This document shows, in pieces, positions 60,675-64,000 of a stretch of DNA of 64,000 bases. Source of the stretch: Spirochaetota bacterium (GTDB lineage Bacteria; Spirochaetota; UBA6919; CBDBPB01); the NCBI GenBank assembly GCA_965208615.1, contig CBDBPB010000004.1:512001-576000 (forward strand), written 5' to 3'. Position numbers and translations under genes: made by a program. A model generated the notes under the pieces. It saw only the letters and a list, made by a program, of their open reading frames with translations, searched no databases and was not told where the DNA came from. Numbering within the stretch: the stretch's first letter is position 1; each line of letters starts with the position of its first letter.

Positions 60675-63020
60675 ATGAAATATAAAAGTTGGATTTTAAA
60701 GAATTATAAAAAGCTTATTACTGCTTTTCTTGGTTTAGCCTTAGTTATAGTATACTGGTTAGCTCTTCCACGGCCTCTTTTTAGGGATGGCTATTCAACA
60801 ATTTTAGTTGACAGCGATGGAGAGCTCTTAGGAGCTAAGATATCCAACGATGAACAATGGAGATTCCCTCCTATTAAAGGCCTCCCTGATAAATACAAGA
60901 AAGCATTAATCTTATTTGAGGATAAAAGATTTTATTATCACTTAGGAGTTGATCCTTTTGCTGTTGTCAGAGCCGCTTATATAAACCTGTCTAACTGGCG
61001 AATAGTTAGTGGAGCAAGTACTATTAGTATGCAGGTTATTCGTCTCTATAGAAAAAATAAGAATAGAACTTTCTTTGAAAAGTTTATAGAAATGCTGTTA
61101 GCCATCCGTTTAGAGCTGAGTTATAGCAAAGAGGATATATTATCTTTATATGCTAGTCATGCTCCCTTTGGAGGTAATGTAGTTGGCCTTGAAGCCGCCT
61201 CTTGGAGGTATTTTGGAAGAAAACCTAATAGACTATCGTGGGCAGAAAGCTCTACTTTAGTTGTACTGCCTAATAGTCCAGCTCTTATACACCTAGGTAG
61301 AAACAGAAATAAGCTTAAAAAGAAGCGTAATACATTGCTTAAAAGGCTAAATGAAGAAAATATAATCAGCAAAGACGAGCTAAACGCATCCTTAGCCGAA
61401 CCTTTACCTGATAAGCCTATTCCACTACCTAGAATTACTCCACACCTTTTGGACACTATTATTAAGAAGAATAAAGAAGAACATCGTTTTGAGGTAAGTA
61501 TTAAAAAAGACTTGCAATTATTGGCGGCAACCATTGTAACAAAGCATTCAAGGAATTTAAAGATCAAAGGAATTAATAATATAGCCTTACTTATAGTAAA
61601 CAACCAGAGTTTTAAAATAGTGGCATATATCGGCAATAGTGCTATAACTGGAGATTTAGGTTATGCTATTGACCTTATTCAACGGCCAAGAAGTACGGGT
61701 AGTATTTTAAAACCTTTTTTATTTGCGGCTATGATTAAGGCTGGAGACATACTTCCAAAAACTTTGGTACCTGATGTACCCACTCAATATTCGGGTTATA
61801 TTCCAAAAAATATGGATCGTAAGTATAGGGGAGCTGTAGAGGCTAGAATTGCCCTTATTAAATCGTTGAACGTACCTGCTGTTAGGATGTTACAAAAATA
61901 TGGTATAGTTCGTTTTTATAATTTCTTAAAACAAATGGGAATGACTACTCTCCACAGGAGTCCTTATGAATATGGACTAACTCTAATATTGGGTGGTGCA
62001 GAGGCTACTTTATACGATTTAACTGCTATGTATGCTAATCTTGCATATATTGCAAGACAAAGATCAATAAATCAGATTTATAAGTACAAAAAGTTGAGCA
62101 TAATAAAAAGGGATAATACAGACTCACAATGGCTGTCACAGCTGGATAACGCTAGTGCATGGTTAACTTTAGATGCTCTTTCAGCGGTAAATCGCCCTGA
62201 CGAAGAGGCATATTGGTATAACTTTAATAGTAGTCAGAAAATAGCTTGGAAAACTGGTACCAGTTATGGTCTAAGGGATGCATGGGCAATAGGTACTACT
62301 AATAAATATACCGTTGGAGTATGGGTAGGTAATGCTAGTGGAGAGGGTAAGGCTGATATAAAGGGTATTAGTTCTGCGGCTCCTATATTATTTGACGTAT
62401 TCAATATTCTTGACACGTCAAAATGGTTTAATCCACCATACAACTTTATGAAAAAAGTTGAGTTATGCAAAAATGACGGCTACATAAAAAATGGTGGGTG
62501 TAAAAAGGATAATTACTGGATGCCTCAGGATAGTCATTTTTCTAAGCTTAGTCCTTATAATAGAATTATCCACATTGATAAAAATGGATGGCAGGTGCAT
62601 AGTGGATGTGAGTCTCCTTCTAATATGATTCACAAGTCCTGGTTTATTTTACCACCTGCACAGGAGTTTTATTATAAAAAAAGACATCCAAATTATATTA
62701 ATCTACCCTCTTTTCGTAAAGACTGTATATATAATACTAATGATAGTCCCGTTGATATTTTATACCCCCCTTATAACTCTATAATATATATACCCGTTGA
62801 TCTTGGTGAAAGAAATAGTAAAATGGTATTTAAGGCAGTACATAGGAATAAGGATGAAACTCTATACTGGCATTTAAACAATAATTATATTGGTTCTACA
62901 AAGATATTCCACGAAAAGGCATTATATATTAATCCAGGCATCCATAATATAGTGGTTGTGGATGAGTCTGGTAATCAACTAACCCGCCAATTTGAAGTCT
63001 TGGCTAAAGAAAACCCTTAA
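60675..63020 (+). CDS. pbpC: Penicillin-binding protein 1C
   Basis: FEDKRFY, GASTISMQV, STGSILKP (SxxK), SLN, KTGT; directly downstream of A2M. Confidence 0.95.
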   Translation: MKYKSWILKNYKKLITAFLGLALVIVYWLALPRPLFRDGYSTILVDSDGELLGAKISNDEQWRFPPIKGLPDKYKKALILFEDKRFYYHLGVDPFAVVRAAYINLSNWRIVSGASTISMQVIRLYRKNKNRTFFEKFIEMLLAIRLELSYSKEDILSLYASHAPFGGNVVGLEAASWRYFGRKPNRLSWAESSTLVVLPNSPALIHLGRNRNKLKKKRNTLLKRLNEENIISKDELNASLAEPLPDKPIPLPRITPHLLDTIIKKNKEEHRFEVSIKKDLQLLAATIVTKHSRNLKIKGINNIALLIVNNQSFKIVAYIGNSAITGDLGYAIDLIQRPRSTGSILKPFLFAAMIKAGDILPKTLVPDVPTQYSGYIPKNMDRKYRGAVEARIALIKSLNVPAVRMLQKYGIVRFYNFLKQMGMTTLHRSPYEYGLTLILGGAEATLYDLTAMYANLAYIARQRSINQIYKYKKLSIIKRDNTDSQWLSQLDNASAWLTLDALSAVNRPDEEAYWYNFNSSQKIAWKTGTSYGLRDAWAIGTTNKYTVGVWVGNASGEGKADIKGISSAAPILFDVFNILDTSKWFNPPYNFMKKVELCKNDGYIKNGGCKKDNYWMPQDSHFSKLSPYNRIIHIDKNGWQVHSGCESPSNMIHKSWFILPPAQEFYYKKRHPNYINLPSFRKDCIYNTNDSPVDILYPPYNSIIYIPVDLGERNSKMVFKAVHRNKDETLYWHLNNNYIGSTKIFHEKALYINPGIHNIVVVDESGNQLTRQFEVLAKENP

Positions 63021-63096
63021 CTATACCATAATTTTTATTTCTTGACTAGCTATTAAGTTTATAATATATTTAATAGCTATTACTATGGAGTATAAA

Positions 63097-63570
63097 ATGA
63101 AAAAAATATATATATCTTTAGGATCCAATATAGGAAATAGAAATAAGTATTTAGGCTGGGCAAAAGATATCCTAGCCAAAAGCTTAAACATTACAAATAC
63201 GTCCTCGATTTATGAGAGTGAGTTTATAGGTAATACTAAACAAAATGACTATTTAAATCAGGTTATAGAGTTTGAATCTGACATATCCATAGACGATCTT
63301 TTTTCTATTACCAGACAGGCTGAAAACGCCATTGGTAGAAAAAGATATACAAAATGGGAGCCTCGAATTATTGATATAGATATTTTACTTTATGGCAATG
63401 AAATTATAGATCAAGATGATCTTAACATTCCCCATCCAGAACTAATTAGTCGACGATTCGTACTCGAACCTCTTTGTGAGATAAATAATGATATTATTAT
63501 CCCTCCTGACAATAACCCTGCAAAATATTATATGGAAAATGTTATGAGTCAAACAGTTAATATTTTATAG
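63097..63570 (+). CDS. folK: 2-amino-4-hydroxy-6-hydroxymethyldihydropteridine diphosphokinase
   Basis: YISLGSNIG, YLNQV, RIIDIDILL, IPHP, RRFVLEPL. Confidence 0.95.
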   Translation: MKKIYISLGSNIGNRNKYLGWAKDILAKSLNITNTSSIYESEFIGNTKQNDYLNQVIEFESDISIDDLFSITRQAENAIGRKRYTKWEPRIIDIDILLYGNEIIDQDDLNIPHPELISRRFVLEPLCEINNDIIIPPDNNPAKYYMENVMSQTVNIL

Positions 63571-63579
63571 GAGTAATAT

Positions 63580-64000
63580 ATGACATTTTCCTCTGTTATT
63601 GGTTTAGAGGTTCATGTTCAGCTTAACACAAAGACTAAGCTTTTTTGTAGCTGTACTACTAAGTTTGGTGCAAAGGCTAACACTCAAACTTGTCCTATTT
63701 GTCAGGGTCACCCTGGCGTACTCCCTGTATTGAACAAGGATGTATTAATTAAGGCTATTCAGGCTGGTTTGGCATTAAATTGTTCTGTTAATTATTTTTC
63801 TAAGTTTGACAGAAAAAACTTTTTTTATCCTGATATGCCAAAGGCATATCAAATATCACAATTCGACCTTCCTATCGTTAAAGGAGGTTATTTAGATATC
63901 ACATTGGATAGCGGCTATAGTAAAACCATTAGAATTAACAGAATACACATTGAAGAAGATGCTGGTAAGCTTATCCATTCTAATATCCCGTCGATTAACG
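63580..64000 (+). CDS. gatB: Asp/Glu-tRNA amidotransferase subunit B, 5' part (truncated by the window edge)
   Basis: Not in the ORF track; translates [23 protein letters not shown]...[19 protein letters not shown]...IHIEEDAGK. Confidence 0.95.
   Translation, partial: MTFSSVIGLEVHVQLNTKTKLFCSCTTKFGAKANTQTCPICQGHPGVLPVLNKDVLIKAIQAGLALNCSVNYFSKFDRKNFFYPDMPKAYQISQFDLPIVKGGYLDITLDSGYSKTIRINRIHIEEDAGKLIHSNIPSIN

Noticed and set aside
1075-62470. Many short antisense or overlapping ORFs in the track (e.g. 1075-1443, 14011-14370, 21431-21808, 33385-33753, 58763-59116, 61157-61636)
   Set aside because: They are shadows of well-supported genes, with no RBS or recognisable motifs
55089-63020. Apparent shift toward G/T-richer + strand composition
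   Set aside because: This is a visual impression only and cannot be separated from coding bias without computing skew

Overview
An AT-rich, gene-dense bacterial chromosomal segment, most likely from a spirochaete-like organism. That placement is inferred from the ~915-aa GreA with a long N-terminal extension and the tandem-cNMP/TPR Crp-family protein. Most of the window is housekeeping or metabolic: ptsP, glnA, fnr/sirC/PHP/dcd, pyrE, pckA, rlpA, rsfS, glnS-gltX, lon, recF, bioF, tRNA-Val(GAC), cheW, hppA, greA, alpha-2-macroglobulin-pbpC, folK and a partial gatB. Five things stand out. (1) A ~0.4-0.5 kb non-coding, self-complementary element occurs as two diverged copies 45 kb apart (2641-3053 and 47631-48138), with imperfect terminal inverted repeats and a conserved long-range stem. 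(2) Next to the second copy is a decayed ~1.7 kb gene bracketed by 29-bp direct repeats. (3) There is a complete ubiquitin-like sulfur-carrier operon (cysteine synthase, JAMM, ThiS/CysO, MoeZ) whose carrier ends GG-L, so it needs JAMM trimming. (4) A tandem pair of SH3 proteins has near-identical N-halves and divergent C-halves. (5) Four single-base homopolymer frameshifts cluster in 16.6-21.1 kb and are probably assembly errors. I saw no CRISPR array, rRNA, integrase or intact transposase. All assignments come from motif recognition by eye; no searches were run.
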